Shown here: positions 41,152 through 52,809 of the stretch, one piece after another | Position numbering within the stretch: the first letter of the stretch is position 1 | How the letters are laid out: each line of letters opens with the position of its first letter | NCBI GenBank assembly: GCA_031414775.1 | Contig: JANOQI010000048.1 | Location: forward strand, 32,001 to 96,000 | Direction: 5' to 3' | DNA length: 64,000 bases | Source: Synechococcales cyanobacterium VAR_4_metabat_354 | Lineage (GTDB): Bacteria; Cyanobacteriota; Cyanobacteriia; Cyanobacteriales; Chamaesiphonaceae | Translations under genes and position numbers: made by a program | Notes under the pieces: generated by a model | What the model was told of the DNA's origin: nothing | The model's database searches: none | The model's input: only the letters and a program-made list of their open reading frames with translations

Positions 41152-42300
41152 ATGCCATCACCATCTGCCGATGATCACTCCCCAGCCGCTGGTGGAGCTG
41201 CCGGTCAAGAACCTCAGTCCCGCACGGGTAAGTTTTTACAGGGCATCTTTAAGCGGACAGAGCCGAATGCAGCAGAGCTGCCCACCAATACCCCTGCCTG
41301 GGAACCGTCAGTGCCGGAGTTAATTCAGGTGGTACCGGAGGCTAGTAACTGGGATGATGGAGAAGAGAGCAATTGGGATGATGATGACTCGATCGATCAG
41401 CTGATGCCGACAGTACCTCAGCCAATAGTATCCGAGCCAGTTGCCGCTGAACCAGTGATCGCCGCAGTGGTCGGAGCACCAACACCAGAAATAATTAGCA
41501 CCCCGCCACCACCACCTTCAACGTTTTCAACACCCCCACCAGCACCAATAATGACGGAGATGCCTACACCACTGGAGCTGGACAAGGACAATCCCACGAT
41601 TAGTGTGAACATCCCGCGTCCCAAAAACATTAAATATAAAACCAAAGATCCGCAGACCAATGCAACAAAAGCATCGGCAGTTGATAAAATTGATAAAGCG
41701 GAACCGATCGAATTCAATGTCAAGCGGCCGACCACCATCAAATATAAAGCGAAGCCAGTGGAGCAGCCCAGTTGGAGCGAGAAAATACTGACTCCTGGTC
41801 GCGAGTTGTGGCGTAAGATGCTGAAGTTGGGAGATGTGATTCCGACTCAGCTCACGGAGAATCCTAAAAAAATCTTGGGCATCTTAGCAGCGGTTTTACT
41901 ATCGATCGTCACTTCTTGGGTGGTGGTCAATTTTTGGCCGAGTCAGTCTCAAGAAGCAGCGCAATCACCGGCTATTACTAGTGCGGCCACTGTCCCAATT
42001 AGTCCAGAAGAAACCTTGATCACTGCCGTTCGATCGCAGTTCAGTACTTTAGCCAGCCAATATCCCACCGGTTTAATTAGCAATTTGGAGCTAGATAATG
42101 AGCGGCAACTGGCGATCGTCACATTAGGAAATCTGTGGGCTAGTCTGACAGTTAACCAGCAGCAGCAAGTTGCCCAGAGTTTATGGCAGCAAGCGCGGGT
42201 TTATCAGATGGCGAAGGTGGAAATGCGATCAAGTAATGGCAACCTGTTAGCGCGTAGCCCGGTGGTTGGTTCCGACATGGTGATTGTGTCCAACTGGTAA
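41152..42300 (+). CDS. Hypothetical bitopic protein: Pro/acidic disordered N-terminus, TM helix, small C-terminal domain
   Basis: Long ORF, low complexity, one hydrophobic helix, ends LLARSPVVGSDMVI. Confidence 0.75.
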   Translation: MPSPSADDHSPAAGGAAGQEPQSRTGKFLQGIFKRTEPNAAELPTNTPAWEPSVPELIQVVPEASNWDDGEESNWDDDDSIDQLMPTVPQPIVSEPVAAEPVIAAVVGAPTPEIISTPPPPPSTFSTPPPAPIMTEMPTPLELDKDNPTISVNIPRPKNIKYKTKDPQTNATKASAVDKIDKAEPIEFNVKRPTTIKYKAKPVEQPSWSEKILTPGRELWRKMLKLGDVIPTQLTENPKKILGILAAVLLSIVTSWVVVNFWPSQSQEAAQSPAITSAATVPISPEETLITAVRSQFSTLASQYPTGLISNLELDNERQLAIVTLGNLWASLTVNQQQQVAQSLWQQARVYQMAKVEMRSSNGNLLARSPVVGSDMVIVSNW

Positions 42301-42426
42301 TTCAATAGAATATAACTACTTTGTCTCTTGGCCACAAAACTAGGCAAGTGACTTTGTTTTTCTCCCCAGACCCAGGATTTGCATAATACAATGGATCTTG
42401 ATTTCAGCTAATTTCTAGATATCTTC

Positions 42427-42717
42427 ATGGATGACGCATTTAGCCCGACTCCCCCGGCTTGGACTGGAGAAGCCACCCATGCCCATACCTTCGCTTGCCC
42501 TCAATGTGCAGCTAGTGAAAAAGAGGCCGATCGAGTATGGGTCAATCGCCGTGCCCCAGTCACACTAGAAAGCCGACGGCGCAAGTGGCAAGAGTTTTAT
42601 CATTGCAGCTGTGGCAAAGTTTGGTGGGCTTGGAGCGACGATCGAGAACCCAACGAATATGCCGATCGTCAGCCCCCTACCAGCAACGACTTTGACAATT
42701 TTTACGGTTATTTTTAA
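42427..42717 (+). CDS. Small conserved protein with CxxC..CxC putative Zn site
   Basis: ACPQC, VWVNRRAPV, WQEFYHCSCG..WWAWS. Confidence 0.75.
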   Translation: MDDAFSPTPPAWTGEATHAHTFACPQCAASEKEADRVWVNRRAPVTLESRRRKWQEFYHCSCGKVWWAWSDDREPNEYADRQPPTSNDFDNFYGYF

Positions 42718-42734
42718 AGCTGGATATTTTACAT

Positions 42735-43487
42735 ATGCTGATGAAATGGCGAGAGATAGCCGGGAATTGGGTTTATCTACCCGATCGACCGCGCGCAATA
42801 GTCCACTTCTTGGGTGGTGCCTTTGTGGCTACCGCCCCCCAGATAACTTATCGATTTCTGCTAGAAGACTTGGCCGAACAGGGCTATGGCATTATTGCTA
42901 CCCCCTTTTTCAATACCTTTGACCATTATGAGATTACCGAGCAGGTCTATCGCAGTTTGGAACGAGTGATCGATCGATTACAACTGCAATCACTACCGAT
43001 CTATGGTGTTGGCCACAGCATGGGTTGCAAAGTGCATTTACTGATCTGTAGTCAGTACGATGTTCAAAGAGCCGGTAATATTTTTATCTCCTTCAATAAT
43101 TTTTCGGCCAAAGATGCGGTACCACTGCTTAATCAAATACCTAGCGAATTTGGCGTGGAGTTTACGCCCAGTCCCGAGCAGACCTTGGATTTGGTGGATA
43201 AATATTACAATGTCCGCCGCAACCTGATTGTTAAATTTCGGGATGACAACATCGATCAGTCTTACACTCTAGAACGTACCCTGAAGCCCTTGTTTCCTGG
43301 CATGACCACGCTCCAAAACCTTAGCGGTAATCATCTAACTCCTTTAGGACAAGATGTCCAATGGCAAGCTGGTTCAATGTTTACACCTTTTGATGCGATC
43401 GGACAGTGGTTGAAGCAAGAAGTTTATAAAGATTTGCATCAACTAAAGCGCGAAGTAAACCGCTGGCTCAATCCCAGTCTGCTCTAA
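42735..43487 (+). CDS. DUF1350 alpha/beta-hydrolase
   Basis: HFLGGAFVA, GVGHSMGCK, ISFNN, GNHLTP. Confidence 0.88.
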   Translation: MLMKWREIAGNWVYLPDRPRAIVHFLGGAFVATAPQITYRFLLEDLAEQGYGIIATPFFNTFDHYEITEQVYRSLERVIDRLQLQSLPIYGVGHSMGCKVHLLICSQYDVQRAGNIFISFNNFSAKDAVPLLNQIPSEFGVEFTPSPEQTLDLVDKYYNVRRNLIVKFRDDNIDQSYTLERTLKPLFPGMTTLQNLSGNHLTPLGQDVQWQAGSMFTPFDAIGQWLKQEVYKDLHQLKREVNRWLNPSLL

Positions 43488-43518
43488 ATTCTGTATAATC
43501 AATTCTCACCCAACCATC

Positions 43519-44301
43519 ATGCGTGAACCGCTTATCCAACTCCGGGGCATCTCCAAAAAATTTGGGGATAATGTCATCCTTGATGGTGTCGATATCGATA
43601 TTTACAAGGGCGAAGGACTGGGAATCATTGGTCCTTCCGGTACCGGTAAATCGACGGTATTGCGGGTAATTGCCGGTCTATTGGCTCCCGATGAAGGCTC
43701 TGTCTATATTCAAGGTCAAAAACGCCGGGGCATGATTGAGGACAGCAATGATCCGATCTACATTGGCATGGTGTTTCAACAAGCCGCACTATTTGACTCC
43801 TTGACGGTGGAGGAAAACGTTGGGTTTCGGATGCTGCAACAAAGTCGCCTTTCCCGCCGCCAAGTACGAAAGCTGGTTGAAGCCAAGCTAGATCTGGTGG
43901 GAATGCATGGGGTGGCTGATCGCTATCCCGATCAACTATCAGGGGGCATGAAAAAACGAGTCAGTTTTGCCCGCGCAATTATGTCTAACCCCGATCGACC
44001 AGAAGACAACCCCGAAGTCTTGCTCTACGACGAACCAACCGCCGGTCTCGATCCGATCGCTTCCACCGTCATCGAAGACCTAGTGCGGAATCTCCAGCAG
44101 GTAGAGGGCGGCTGTCAAACCCATGTGATGGTGACTCATCAAGACAGCACTATTCGGCGGACGACCGATCGAATTATTTTCTTGTACCAAGGCAAAGTGC
44201 AATGGACAGGGCGCACCAAAGATATTGATAAAACCAACGATCCGGTAGTCCGACAATTTTTCAGTGCCAGTACCGAAGGTCCGATTCGAGTAATTGGCTA
44301 A
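43519..44301 (+). CDS. mlaF: ABC ATPase of the Mla/Tgd lipid transport system
   Basis: GPSGTGKS, FQQAALFDSL, LSGGMKKRV, YDEPTAGLDP; precedes an MCE gene. Confidence 0.9.
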   Translation: MREPLIQLRGISKKFGDNVILDGVDIDIYKGEGLGIIGPSGTGKSTVLRVIAGLLAPDEGSVYIQGQKRRGMIEDSNDPIYIGMVFQQAALFDSLTVEENVGFRMLQQSRLSRRQVRKLVEAKLDLVGMHGVADRYPDQLSGGMKKRVSFARAIMSNPDRPEDNPEVLLYDEPTAGLDPIASTVIEDLVRNLQQVEGGCQTHVMVTHQDSTIRRTTDRIIFLYQGKVQWTGRTKDIDKTNDPVVRQFFSASTEGPIRVIG

Positions 44302-44416
44302 ATGGCTGGGTTAAATGGCGGATGTTTTATCAAACTAGCAATCAGGCTAAAATAGAAAATAGATACAATGTTTACAGCCGATACAAGTTTTAGCCTCGAT
44401 CGAGGTGAGGTAGTTA

Positions 44417-45808
44417 ATGCAGTCACGAGCGGTTAGAGAAGGTTCAGTCGGCCTCATGCTTCTAGCTGGAGTGGGAATCTTTGTCGCCGCCAGCATGTGG
44501 CTCAAGGGGCTAGGACCAGGGAGCCAAAAGTATAACATCGTGGCCAGCTTTGCTGATGCTGGTGGGATCCAACAGGGTGGACCAGTGCGCTACCGAGGGG
44601 TGCGCGTCGGTAAGATTGCGGCCATTGAACCTGGCGATAATGTAATGAAAGTCACCCTAGAGATTACCGATCCAGACTTGAAGATTCCCCGTAACGTAGT
44701 TGCTGAAGCTAATCAAACTGGTCTAATTGGAGAACCGGTAGTCGAAATCACCCCGCGTGGGGCGGTGAATCTGCCTCAAAATCTGGCCAAAGCACTCGAT
44801 CTTAACTGTGATGTGAAGATCATTATCTGTAACAACGGCCAAATTCCGGGCACGGTGGGTTCTAGCTTCAATGAGTTACTGAAACGGGCGACAGCGCTGG
44901 TAAATAGATATGAATCGCCAGAAATTACTGATGGCATTAAGCTCACCCTTAAAAATGCTAGTCAGGCAGCTGCGGATATCTCGCTGCTAAGCAGAAGATT
45001 TGGAGATTTGCCAGATTCCTTGAAAAAGGAATTGGGTTCAATTTCGGTCAGTGCCAACAGTTTGACCAAATCTTTAAATGGAACAGTCAAAAACGTCGAT
45101 GGTGCAGTTGCCAAAATCGGCAACACTGCCGAGCAGTTTGGTACCACCGCGACCAAGGTAAACAAAACTGCCGATAATTTGACTGTGACCGTGGGCGAAT
45201 ACGGCAAATTAGCCAAGTCGGTGGATGCCTTAGTCAGCGAAAATCGTCAAACCTTTGGTAAAACTCTGACGAACTTTAATGCTCTGAGTGTGGATCTGCG
45301 CCAAACGGTTAACAAACTCAATCCGACGATCGACAAACTAAATGGTACCGTGGCCAAGGTGAATTCTGAGTCTTTAGTGAAAGATTTGGAAGGCGTTCTG
45401 AGTAATGCCAACAAAACAGCCGCTAATCTGCGCGATATTTCGGCTAGCTTTAACAATCCCAAATCTTTGGTAAATCTTCAACAAACTCTCGATTCAGCAC
45501 GGCTAACTTTCCAAAATACTCAGAAAATCACAGCAGATTTGGACAAGCTGACCGGCGACCCAGAATTTATTAATAGTGTTAGCAAGTTAGTTAAAGGTCT
45601 GGGGCAATTGGTTTCGACGGGGGAAACATTAGAGCAGCAAATTCAGCTGGGTCAGGAGCTAGAGCCAGTCCATCGCAATATTAGTATGACTACCGCTAAT
45701 TTGGTGAATAGTGATCCCGAATTGGCGGCAGCAATCGGTATTGGGGTTGCCGATAACTCCACAGTAGGTATCCCCCCGCAGCGCTTAAGCGATCTCCTTA
45801 AAAAGTAA
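44417..45808 (+). CDS. mlaD: MlaD/MCE (Ycf22/Tgd2-like) protein
   Basis: REGSVG + TM, F.DAGG...G.PVRYRGVRVG, GLIGE; long helical region. Confidence 0.9.
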   Translation: MQSRAVREGSVGLMLLAGVGIFVAASMWLKGLGPGSQKYNIVASFADAGGIQQGGPVRYRGVRVGKIAAIEPGDNVMKVTLEITDPDLKIPRNVVAEANQTGLIGEPVVEITPRGAVNLPQNLAKALDLNCDVKIIICNNGQIPGTVGSSFNELLKRATALVNRYESPEITDGIKLTLKNASQAAADISLLSRRFGDLPDSLKKELGSISVSANSLTKSLNGTVKNVDGAVAKIGNTAEQFGTTATKVNKTADNLTVTVGEYGKLAKSVDALVSENRQTFGKTLTNFNALSVDLRQTVNKLNPTIDKLNGTVAKVNSESLVKDLEGVLSNANKTAANLRDISASFNNPKSLVNLQQTLDSARLTFQNTQKITADLDKLTGDPEFINSVSKLVKGLGQLVSTGETLEQQIQLGQELEPVHRNISMTTANLVNSDPELAAAIGIGVADNSTVGIPPQRLSDLLKK

Positions 45809-45834
45809 GTGTTTTATTTTGAGGTGAGATCCAG

Positions 45835-47253
45835 TTACGATTTCTGATCCATGGGCAAAAAAATCGTCATCGTCTCACCTTGGAGATGATTTTGTTTGAC
45901 TACCAGTTTCCCACCCAGAATCTGGAATAGACTCTTGGTCACCTTTAAACTCAAGCTCAAATTCCCGGTCTCCGGCTGGAAACTCAGGAGCTGACCAATG
46001 GCCTCGCTGGCATTACCGCACAAAGATGACATCTGGGGAGCAGCAATTTCCGCCACCACCGACTGAAGCTGCAATTTTAGCTGGCCACCCACCGGATTGA
46101 TCTCCACCTGGATATGACTGCCCGCTGGCAAGTTGCGGGTAAAGTTTTCCACTAAACCCGTTAACACTCGATCAAGAATCGTGGGGTTACTCACCACCGC
46201 TGGCAGCTGCTGGGGCATCGCCACTTCCATATTTAAATTACGGCGCTCAGCTTGTTTTTGCCACAGTGGCAAGCTTTGTTCTAACAAATGACTAAAAGAC
46301 ATCGTAGTTAAATCTACGGCTTCGCTGTTATTGCCAGCCAATTCCACTGCCTGAAAAATTAACTCCATCCGATTAATTTGCTCGGTACATTCTCGATCGA
46401 TCGTCTCTAGCCGTTTCATAATCTGTGAATCGACATCAGGGCGGCGCAGTACCGATCTCGTTAACGTGCGAATAGTAGTCAGTGGTGTCCGAATCTCGTG
46501 GGTCAGAGCCTGCAATAACTCCACATCGAGGGCAGTAGACTTCGACTCAGAGGGGGCAGCCGCTGACGCTTTGACTATTGACAATTCTTGTAATAAAAAT
46601 TGGCTGAACTTCATTACCCATTGATAGGCCGGTACCACTGGGGGTAGCTTGCTGACGATCGCATCCAATGGTTCTAGCTGCTGGGGGGCAGTGAGCATAA
46701 TGCGTCCCCGCAAAGACTGCCAAGCCAAATTCACATCAGCCGGGTCAAACGAAAACTGAAATTGGGGTGAATCATCCGCAGCTCCCACCGCCAACACCAG
46801 ACCAAACTGGGCAGTAAGCACCACACAAAATTGCTCATTTTGTAGGGGGTCGGCTGGCAGCAAAGAAATATCTGGCGGGGTGGAAAAAATAGCATTGATT
46901 TCCGGTGGCGCAGGCAACAATGTCTGGCTAGGGTGCGCTGGACTGAAAACAACGGTGGGAAATTGACTAATAATTTCAGCAGCATCAAACAGTGGTACGG
47001 GTGAACAGAGTAACAGACCAGTCACCTGATTCGCTGGTGGTTGATGCACCACTGAGTCCATCAACGTGTGCAATAAATAGCCGAGGGCATGAACAGCGCT
47101 GTACCACTGCTGCTCAGCCTTGAAAAGCTCTACCGATTCACTAGGTTGGGTCGCAGATTTATTGGTGGCCAATAGCGGATCCAGCGCTGTTGGCTCATTT
47201 TTAGCTAAGATTTCACTCAATGTTGGTAGTAGCCACCTTCTAACCACTGTCAC
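45835..47253 (-). CDS. hik2: Sensor histidine kinase Hik2 (chloroplast sensor kinase homologue)
   Basis: DPLQNEQFC..LT..F, FQFSFDP, H-box ALTHEIRTPLTTIRT, degenerate ATPase FQPETGNLSLSL. Confidence 0.85.
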   Translation of the reverse strand: MTVVRRWLLPTLSEILAKNEPTALDPLLATNKSATQPSESVELFKAEQQWYSAVHALGYLLHTLMDSVVHQPPANQVTGLLLCSPVPLFDAAEIISQFPTVVFSPAHPSQTLLPAPPEINAIFSTPPDISLLPADPLQNEQFCVVLTAQFGLVLAVGAADDSPQFQFSFDPADVNLAWQSLRGRIMLTAPQQLEPLDAIVSKLPPVVPAYQWVMKFSQFLLQELSIVKASAAAPSESKSTALDVELLQALTHEIRTPLTTIRTLTRSVLRRPDVDSQIMKRLETIDRECTEQINRMELIFQAVELAGNNSEAVDLTTMSFSHLLEQSLPLWQKQAERRNLNMEVAMPQQLPAVVSNPTILDRVLTGLVENFTRNLPAGSHIQVEINPVGGQLKLQLQSVVAEIAAPQMSSLCGNASEAIGQLLSFQPETGNLSLSLKVTKSLFQILGGKLVVKQNHLQGETMTIFLPMDQKS

Positions 47254-47403
47254 CGCCTAAATTAAGGTCTCATCTATGAGGCTACCCAAGATTGATGCTG
47301 AAATGTTAGCCCGAAAACCGAACAGAGTCTCACCAAATTAATGCGATCAGCTCAATATCTATGGGTATGTTGATGGAATCAGAACACAAATCAAATCTGG
47401 GAA

Positions 47404-47934
47404 GTGATAGCTGGCTCAAACTTTATGAATAAAAACATGCCTAAGTTTTATTGTATTGCTATGCTTGCCGTATTTTACGGAGGCTATCACAGCTCGGTAA
47501 CAGCTAAAACAAAAACACTCCCAGTTGTCGCTAGCCTGGCAGTCGATACGGTTAAGAGTGTCACGCTATATGCAAAAATCCCAGTCTCATCACCGCTTTT
47601 TGTAGTTCGTGCTCAAATAGATGCCTTCAATCGCCAAGACTTTAAAGCTTCGATGGACACTATACACCCATCTAGTCCAGGATTTCAGACAACGAGGGAC
47701 TTTTCAAAGATGCTCCTTGAAAGGTATCAGCTGCGCTTCAAGCTTCAGAATACTGCGATCGAATCGATAACCGCAGATACAGCTAAGGTTCGATTTACTC
47801 AAACCACCAAAAAAATTACCGGACCGGAGTTTCGGAATAATCGTATCGATGGTATCCACGTACTTAAAAAGTACAAGGGAAAGTGGAAAATCTATGACAC
47901 AAAAACTATCAAAATAGAGTATTTGGATAACTAA
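47404..47934 (+). CDS. Exported hypothetical protein, NTF2/SnoaL-like C-terminal domain
   Basis: Signal-like N-terminus; IDAFNRQD..MDTIHP..TAKVRFTQTT..GKWKI; true start may be ATG 47425. Confidence 0.6.
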   Translation: MIAGSNFMNKNMPKFYCIAMLAVFYGGYHSSVTAKTKTLPVVASLAVDTVKSVTLYAKIPVSSPLFVVRAQIDAFNRQDFKASMDTIHPSSPGFQTTRDFSKMLLERYQLRFKLQNTAIESITADTAKVRFTQTTKKITGPEFRNNRIDGIHVLKKYKGKWKIYDTKTIKIEYLDN

Positions 47935-48017
47935 AGCCATCTAGAAAGCCGCCGGATCTCCTTGAACCCGAAAGCACTCCAAGACATCCTGATCGATCAT
48001 TTGTGCCGCATCATAGA

Positions 48018-51000
48018 CTACCCAACACCAGTCAAACCAGCCTGCAATTTACCCAGCGTCCCAATCAACGATTCCACCTGCTCCGTCGCCCTAAACACCC
48101 CCAATCCCCGCACCGTCACCTTCCCCGGTCCATAGACAAACCGTGCCTTCATATTATCTGGCAGATTCCCGGCCATCAAATTCCAAGCCGGTTCCGCCAT
48201 CGGCGTTTCTAGCACCACATGCTGCTTCCCCTCCAGCTTAATGCGACTAAAGCCCAACTGCTTGGCAATCTGCTTCAGCGCCATAATCCGAAACAGCTGT
48301 TGCGCCGCCTTCGGAATCTCGCCATAGCGATCGATCCACTCTGCCGCAATCCCCGCTAACTCAGCATGACTACTGGCCGCCGCGACTGATCGATAGGCAC
48401 TAATTTTCTGGTCTAAATCCGGGATGTAGTCCGCCGGAATCAATGCTGTCACTGCCAAGTCAATCTGGGTATCATCTACCTGCGGAATTTCTTGGCCACG
48501 AATCTCTTGAATCGCTGTTTGTAACATTTCCATATAGAGGTCAAAACCAATCACTTCCATCTGGCCAGACTGCTCAGCTCCCAGCAAATTTCCTACGCCC
48601 CGAATTTCCATATCCCGCGTCGCTAACTGATAGCCCGAACCCAATTGGGCAAACTCCTGAATCGCCCGCAACCGCTGCCGCGCCTGATCGGTAAGGCTTT
48701 GTTCCTTGGGATAAAACAACCAAGCATGCGCCTGAATCCCGGCTCGTCCGACCCGACCCCGTAACTGATACAACTGCGACAAGCCAAAGCGTTGGGCATC
48801 TTCAATCAAGATCGTATTCACCCGGGGAATATCTAGTCCCGACTCGACAATCGTGGTACAGAGCAATAGATCGGCCTCACCGGAACTAAAAGCCAGCATC
48901 GTGGACTCCAGTTGCGATTCGTCCATTTGGCCGTGAGCGATCGCAATCCGACAGCTGGGCACCAATTCTCTCAACTTATCAGCAGTATCCTCGATGCCCA
49001 TCACCTTGGGCACCACATAAAACACCTGACCGCCCCGTTCTAGTTCTTGGCGAATAGCGGTGCCGATCGCCTCGGTTTGATAGGGTGACAAATGAGTTTG
49101 AATTGGTCGGCGGGAGGGCGGGGGCGTAGTGATTAAACTCATTTCCCGTACTCCCGATAGCGACATATAGAGCGTGCGCGGAATCGGGGTAGCGGAAAGG
49201 GTTAAGACATCGACCTGGCTTTTAATAGTTTTGATTTTTTCCTTTTGATTCACCCCAAACCGTTGCTCTTCATCAATTACTAATAGTCCCAAGTTACGGG
49301 GCTTGATATCTTTACTCAACACTTGATGGGTACCGACCACTACATCTAGTTCGCCCGTCGCTAGCCGTCGCAGAATATCTTTGCGTTCTTCGGCCGTGCG
49401 AAAACGGTTCAGTAGCCCCACATTCACCGGATAGGGGGCAAACCTTTCTTTGAGGGTGTGATAGTGCTGTTGGGTCAAAATTGTTGTGGGAGCCAGAAGA
49501 ATCACTTGCTTTTGAGCAGTCGTAACCGCCTTGAAAATCGCCCGAATGGCCACCTCGGTTTTACCAAATCCTACATCGCCACAAATCAACCGATCCATCG
49601 GTCGATCGCTTTCCATATCGTGCTTGACATCTTGCACGGCTTTGAGCTGATCGGGGGTGGGCTGATAGCGAAAAGAGTCTTCTAATTCCTGTTGCCAAGG
49701 TGAATCGATCGGATAAGCAAAACCCTGGCTATCGGAGCGTTCAGCGTAGAGTTTCAGCAGATCGAAAGCTAGCTTTTTGATCGACTTCTGCACCTTAGCC
49801 TTGGTTTTAGCCCAAGCTTGGCCAGACATTTTGTTTAGTTCTGGCAACTTCTGGTCGGTATGCCGAAACCGCGATAGCACACCCAGTTGATCAGCAGCTA
49901 CCCGCAAAATGCCATCCGCATATTTGATGGTCAAATAATCGCGGCTGTCATTATCGATCGATACATTCTCCAGACCCATAAAGCGTCCCAAGCCGTAGTG
50001 ACGATGAATTACAAAGTCTCCGGCCTGCATTTTGTTTGGATCGACCTTCTTCGATACGGCCTGCCGCCGTTTGCGAACATAGTTATAGCTCACCAAAGAT
50101 TGCTGACCAAAGAACTCTCGATCGGTCAACAGCAATACTCGGAATGTCGGCAACAGAAACCCTTCTAGTTCGGCCATTCCCGAGTATTTGACAGCGACGG
50201 TGACATGTTGAGTTTGCAGCTTGTCAGTAGCGCCAAAGTCGCGGGGATTGGGCACAAATTGGGTCAAACAGTCATGTTCTTGCAACAATGAGGCTGACCG
50301 AGAAGGCTGCGCTGACACAATCCAAGTGGAATATTGCTGCTGATGTTGACGCAAGATTTCGGCTAACTTAGCAAACTGATGGGGCAAGGCCGGTACTGGC
50401 CGACTGGATAAGTTCAGACCCTCGCCCTCCACCGCAATTTCGCTCAGGCGCAAATATTGGAATCTTTCCCGCAGTGTATCGATCGATTCCAGCAACGGAA
50501 ATTGATAAGTAGCACTGTGCGCTAGGCACCGCTCCAAATCATCGACGGTCATTAAGGTATTAGCTGGCAAATAATCGGCCAAGCTACAGCTTAGTTCACT
50601 AGATTCAAAAGCGCCCCAGCCAGTAGGGGTTAAGAGTAGATGATCGATCGCATCCAAAGAGCGCTGACTAGAAGGGTCAAATTCCCGCATTTTTTCTAGC
50701 TCATCGCCAAACCACTCCAAGCGCACTGGCAACTCTGCCGCCACCGGAAAGATATCAATAATGTCGCCGCGCCGACTCCACTGACCTTCAATTTCCACCA
50801 ACGATACTCGTTCGTAGCCCATCGTTGCCAACTGGGTGCTGATGGTTGCCACCTCAAATTCGTTCTTTAGGCGGAGTTCTAAGGCCGTATTTTGAAACTG
50901 ATGAGGATCGGGTAGGTGGGCAGACAGGGCACGGGCAGTGGAGACGATCGCCACTGGCTGATCGGCAGTACTCAAGGCCGTCAGGGTTTGCATCTGTCCC

Positions 51001-51296
51001 CAAACCGTTTCAGCTTCGGGATGCACCAAATCAGCTGACTCAGCGACCGGATAAAAATAGACCTGCGGCCAGTTCATGACCTCTAGTTGGGCAGTCCAGC
51101 GGCTAGCTTCTTCAATCGTCGAAGTAATTATCCACAAATGTTGTTGGGTAGCTTGTGCCAGCGTCGAGGCCACCAAGCCCCGAGGGAGCCGCGCCGCTCC
51201 CGTTAGGTGCAGATATCTTTGCTGCTGAAGTTTCCCAGCAAGTTCGTGAGTAAGCTGGGATGAAGTAAGAGTGCGAAGAAGAGCAGAAAGAGACAT
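48018..51296 (-). CDS. mfd: Transcription-repair coupling factor
   Basis: [65 protein letters not shown]. Confidence 0.97.
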   Translation of the reverse strand: MSLSALLRTLTSSQLTHELAGKLQQQRYLHLTGAARLPRGLVASTLAQATQQHLWIITSTIEEASRWTAQLEVMNWPQVYFYPVAESADLVHPEAETVWGQMQTLTALSTADQPVAIVSTARALSAHLPDPHQFQNTALELRLKNEFEVATISTQLATMGYERVSLVEIEGQWSRRGDIIDIFPVAAELPVRLEWFGDELEKMREFDPSSQRSLDAIDHLLLTPTGWGAFESSELSCSLADYLPANTLMTVDDLERCLAHSATYQFPLLESIDTLRERFQYLRLSEIAVEGEGLNLSSRPVPALPHQFAKLAEILRQHQQQYSTWIVSAQPSRSASLLQEHDCLTQFVPNPRDFGATDKLQTQHVTVAVKYSGMAELEGFLLPTFRVLLLTDREFFGQQSLVSYNYVRKRRQAVSKKVDPNKMQAGDFVIHRHYGLGRFMGLENVSIDNDSRDYLTIKYADGILRVAADQLGVLSRFRHTDQKLPELNKMSGQAWAKTKAKVQKSIKKLAFDLLKLYAERSDSQGFAYPIDSPWQQELEDSFRYQPTPDQLKAVQDVKHDMESDRPMDRLICGDVGFGKTEVAIRAIFKAVTTAQKQVILLAPTTILTQQHYHTLKERFAPYPVNVGLLNRFRTAEERKDILRRLATGELDVVVGTHQVLSKDIKPRNLGLLVIDEEQRFGVNQKEKIKTIKSQVDVLTLSATPIPRTLYMSLSGVREMSLITTPPPSRRPIQTHLSPYQTEAIGTAIRQELERGGQVFYVVPKVMGIEDTADKLRELVPSCRIAIAHGQMDESQLESTMLAFSSGEADLLLCTTIVESGLDIPRVNTILIEDAQRFGLSQLYQLRGRVGRAGIQAHAWLFYPKEQSLTDQARQRLRAIQEFAQLGSGYQLATRDMEIRGVGNLLGAEQSGQMEVIGFDLYMEMLQTAIQEIRGQEIPQVDDTQIDLAVTALIPADYIPDLDQKISAYRSVAAASSHAELAGIAAEWIDRYGEIPKAAQQLFRIMALKQIAKQLGFSRIKLEGKQHVVLETPMAEPAWNLMAGNLPDNMKARFVYGPGKVTVRGLGVFRATEQVESLIGTLGKLQAGLTGVG

Positions 51297-51456
51297 ATCC
51301 CAAGGGTGGCAGCGCTGTTCGCTACTATGGTAGTTGAAACCAGGTGGTTCTGGCCAAAACTTCGACTTCTTTTACGCTTATGATGATGTCAGCTTGTTCG
51401 GATAGCGCCTTGAGAGAAAGAATCGAACAGTTACTATCTTTTCATTTACCATTCCT

Positions 51457-52749
51457 ATGTCTCCTGTTGGCGAGTTATCAATAGTCTTAGTTCTGATCTT
51501 GATCAATGGCTTGTTCGTAGTGTCAGAAATGGCCATTATTTCAGCGCGGAAAGTAAGGCTGCAACACTTAGTTAACCAAGGCAACAAGAAAGCCCGGCTC
51601 GCTCTAGAACTAGCCAGTAACCCCGGTCGCTTTTTACCCACAGTTCAAGTGGGGATCACTCTAATGGCAATTTTGTCGGGTGCTCGTGGTGAAAGCGCCA
51701 TCAGTGGTTTATTACTGCCCATCTTGAATGCGGTGCCTGCTCTTAATCTTTATGCTCAAACAATTGCCTCGACGGCTGCGATTGCCATCATCACTTACCT
51801 CACCATTGTGATTGGAGAATTGGTACCCAAGCAGTTGGCCTTAAGCAGCCCCGAGCGACTATCGGTATTAGTCGCCAAACCGCTCAACTTACTGGGGTGG
51901 CTAGGTAGCCCCCTCAGCCATGTCTTGAGTATGTCCACTAATTTTATTGTCAAACTCTTAGGCATTCGACCTTCTAATGAACCAGATATCACTGAGGAAG
52001 AAATTCGGGTGATGATCGTTCAGGGCACCGAAGCGGGCATGTTCGAGGAAGCCGAACAAGACATGATGGAACGGGTGATGAGCTTAGGCGATCGGAGAGT
52101 GGGAGCGATGATGACCCCTCGCCCCGATATTGTCTGGTTAGATATCGAAGACCCTTGGTCAGTTAACTGCGACAAAATCGTGGCTAGCCAATATTCCAGA
52201 TTTCCAGTTTGCAAAGAAGTTCTAGATAACGTGGTGGGGGTGATGCACGTCGCCGACATGCTGAGTCAGTCGCTGCTTGGTCAACCAATTAACCTCACGC
52301 TATCGCTGATTCAACCTTTACTAGTACCAGAAAGTACTAAAGGATTGAAGGTACTAGAGCAATTTAAAGAAACCGGTACCCATATTGGCATGGTCGTAGA
52401 TGAGTACGGGGTGATTCAGGGATTAGTGACACTGAATGACCTGCTGGAAGAAATTGTGGGCAATATTCAAGATGTGGAGCAACCAGAACCACCCCAGGCC
52501 GTCCAACGTGAGGATGGTTCTTGGTTATTAGATGGAATGCTGCCGATCGATGAGTTTTTAGAACTATTCGATCTAGAAGAGGAATCGATCGAACAACGGG
52601 GCAGCTACAACACTCTCGGCGGCTTTATTATTATGCAGTTGGGTAAAATCCCGAAAGAGACCGATCACTTTGAGTGGGAGCGACTCCAGTTTGAGGTGAT
52701 GGATATGGATGGTAACCGGGTAGATAAAGTGATGGTCAGCAATTTGTAG
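51457..52749 (+). CDS. HlyC/CorC (hemolysin family) CNNM-CBS-CorC transporter
   Basis: NGLFVVSEMAIISAR, GELVPKQLA, MTPRPDI, VDEYG, DMDGNRVDKV. Confidence 0.92.
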   Translation: MSPVGELSIVLVLILINGLFVVSEMAIISARKVRLQHLVNQGNKKARLALELASNPGRFLPTVQVGITLMAILSGARGESAISGLLLPILNAVPALNLYAQTIASTAAIAIITYLTIVIGELVPKQLALSSPERLSVLVAKPLNLLGWLGSPLSHVLSMSTNFIVKLLGIRPSNEPDITEEEIRVMIVQGTEAGMFEEAEQDMMERVMSLGDRRVGAMMTPRPDIVWLDIEDPWSVNCDKIVASQYSRFPVCKEVLDNVVGVMHVADMLSQSLLGQPINLTLSLIQPLLVPESTKGLKVLEQFKETGTHIGMVVDEYGVIQGLVTLNDLLEEIVGNIQDVEQPEPPQAVQREDGSWLLDGMLPIDEFLELFDLEEESIEQRGSYNTLGGFIIMQLGKIPKETDHFEWERLQFEVMDMDGNRVDKVMVSNL

Positions 52750-52809
52750 AATCCGCAACGCTCTGGGCTTCTCTGTTAATATGTAGGGCAACGTTGCCCC
52801 TTTTGTCTT

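Noticed and set aside
45835..47253. Histidine kinase with degenerate G boxes as a pseudogene
   Set aside because: The frame is intact and the atypical ATPase region is normal for Hik2/CSK proteins
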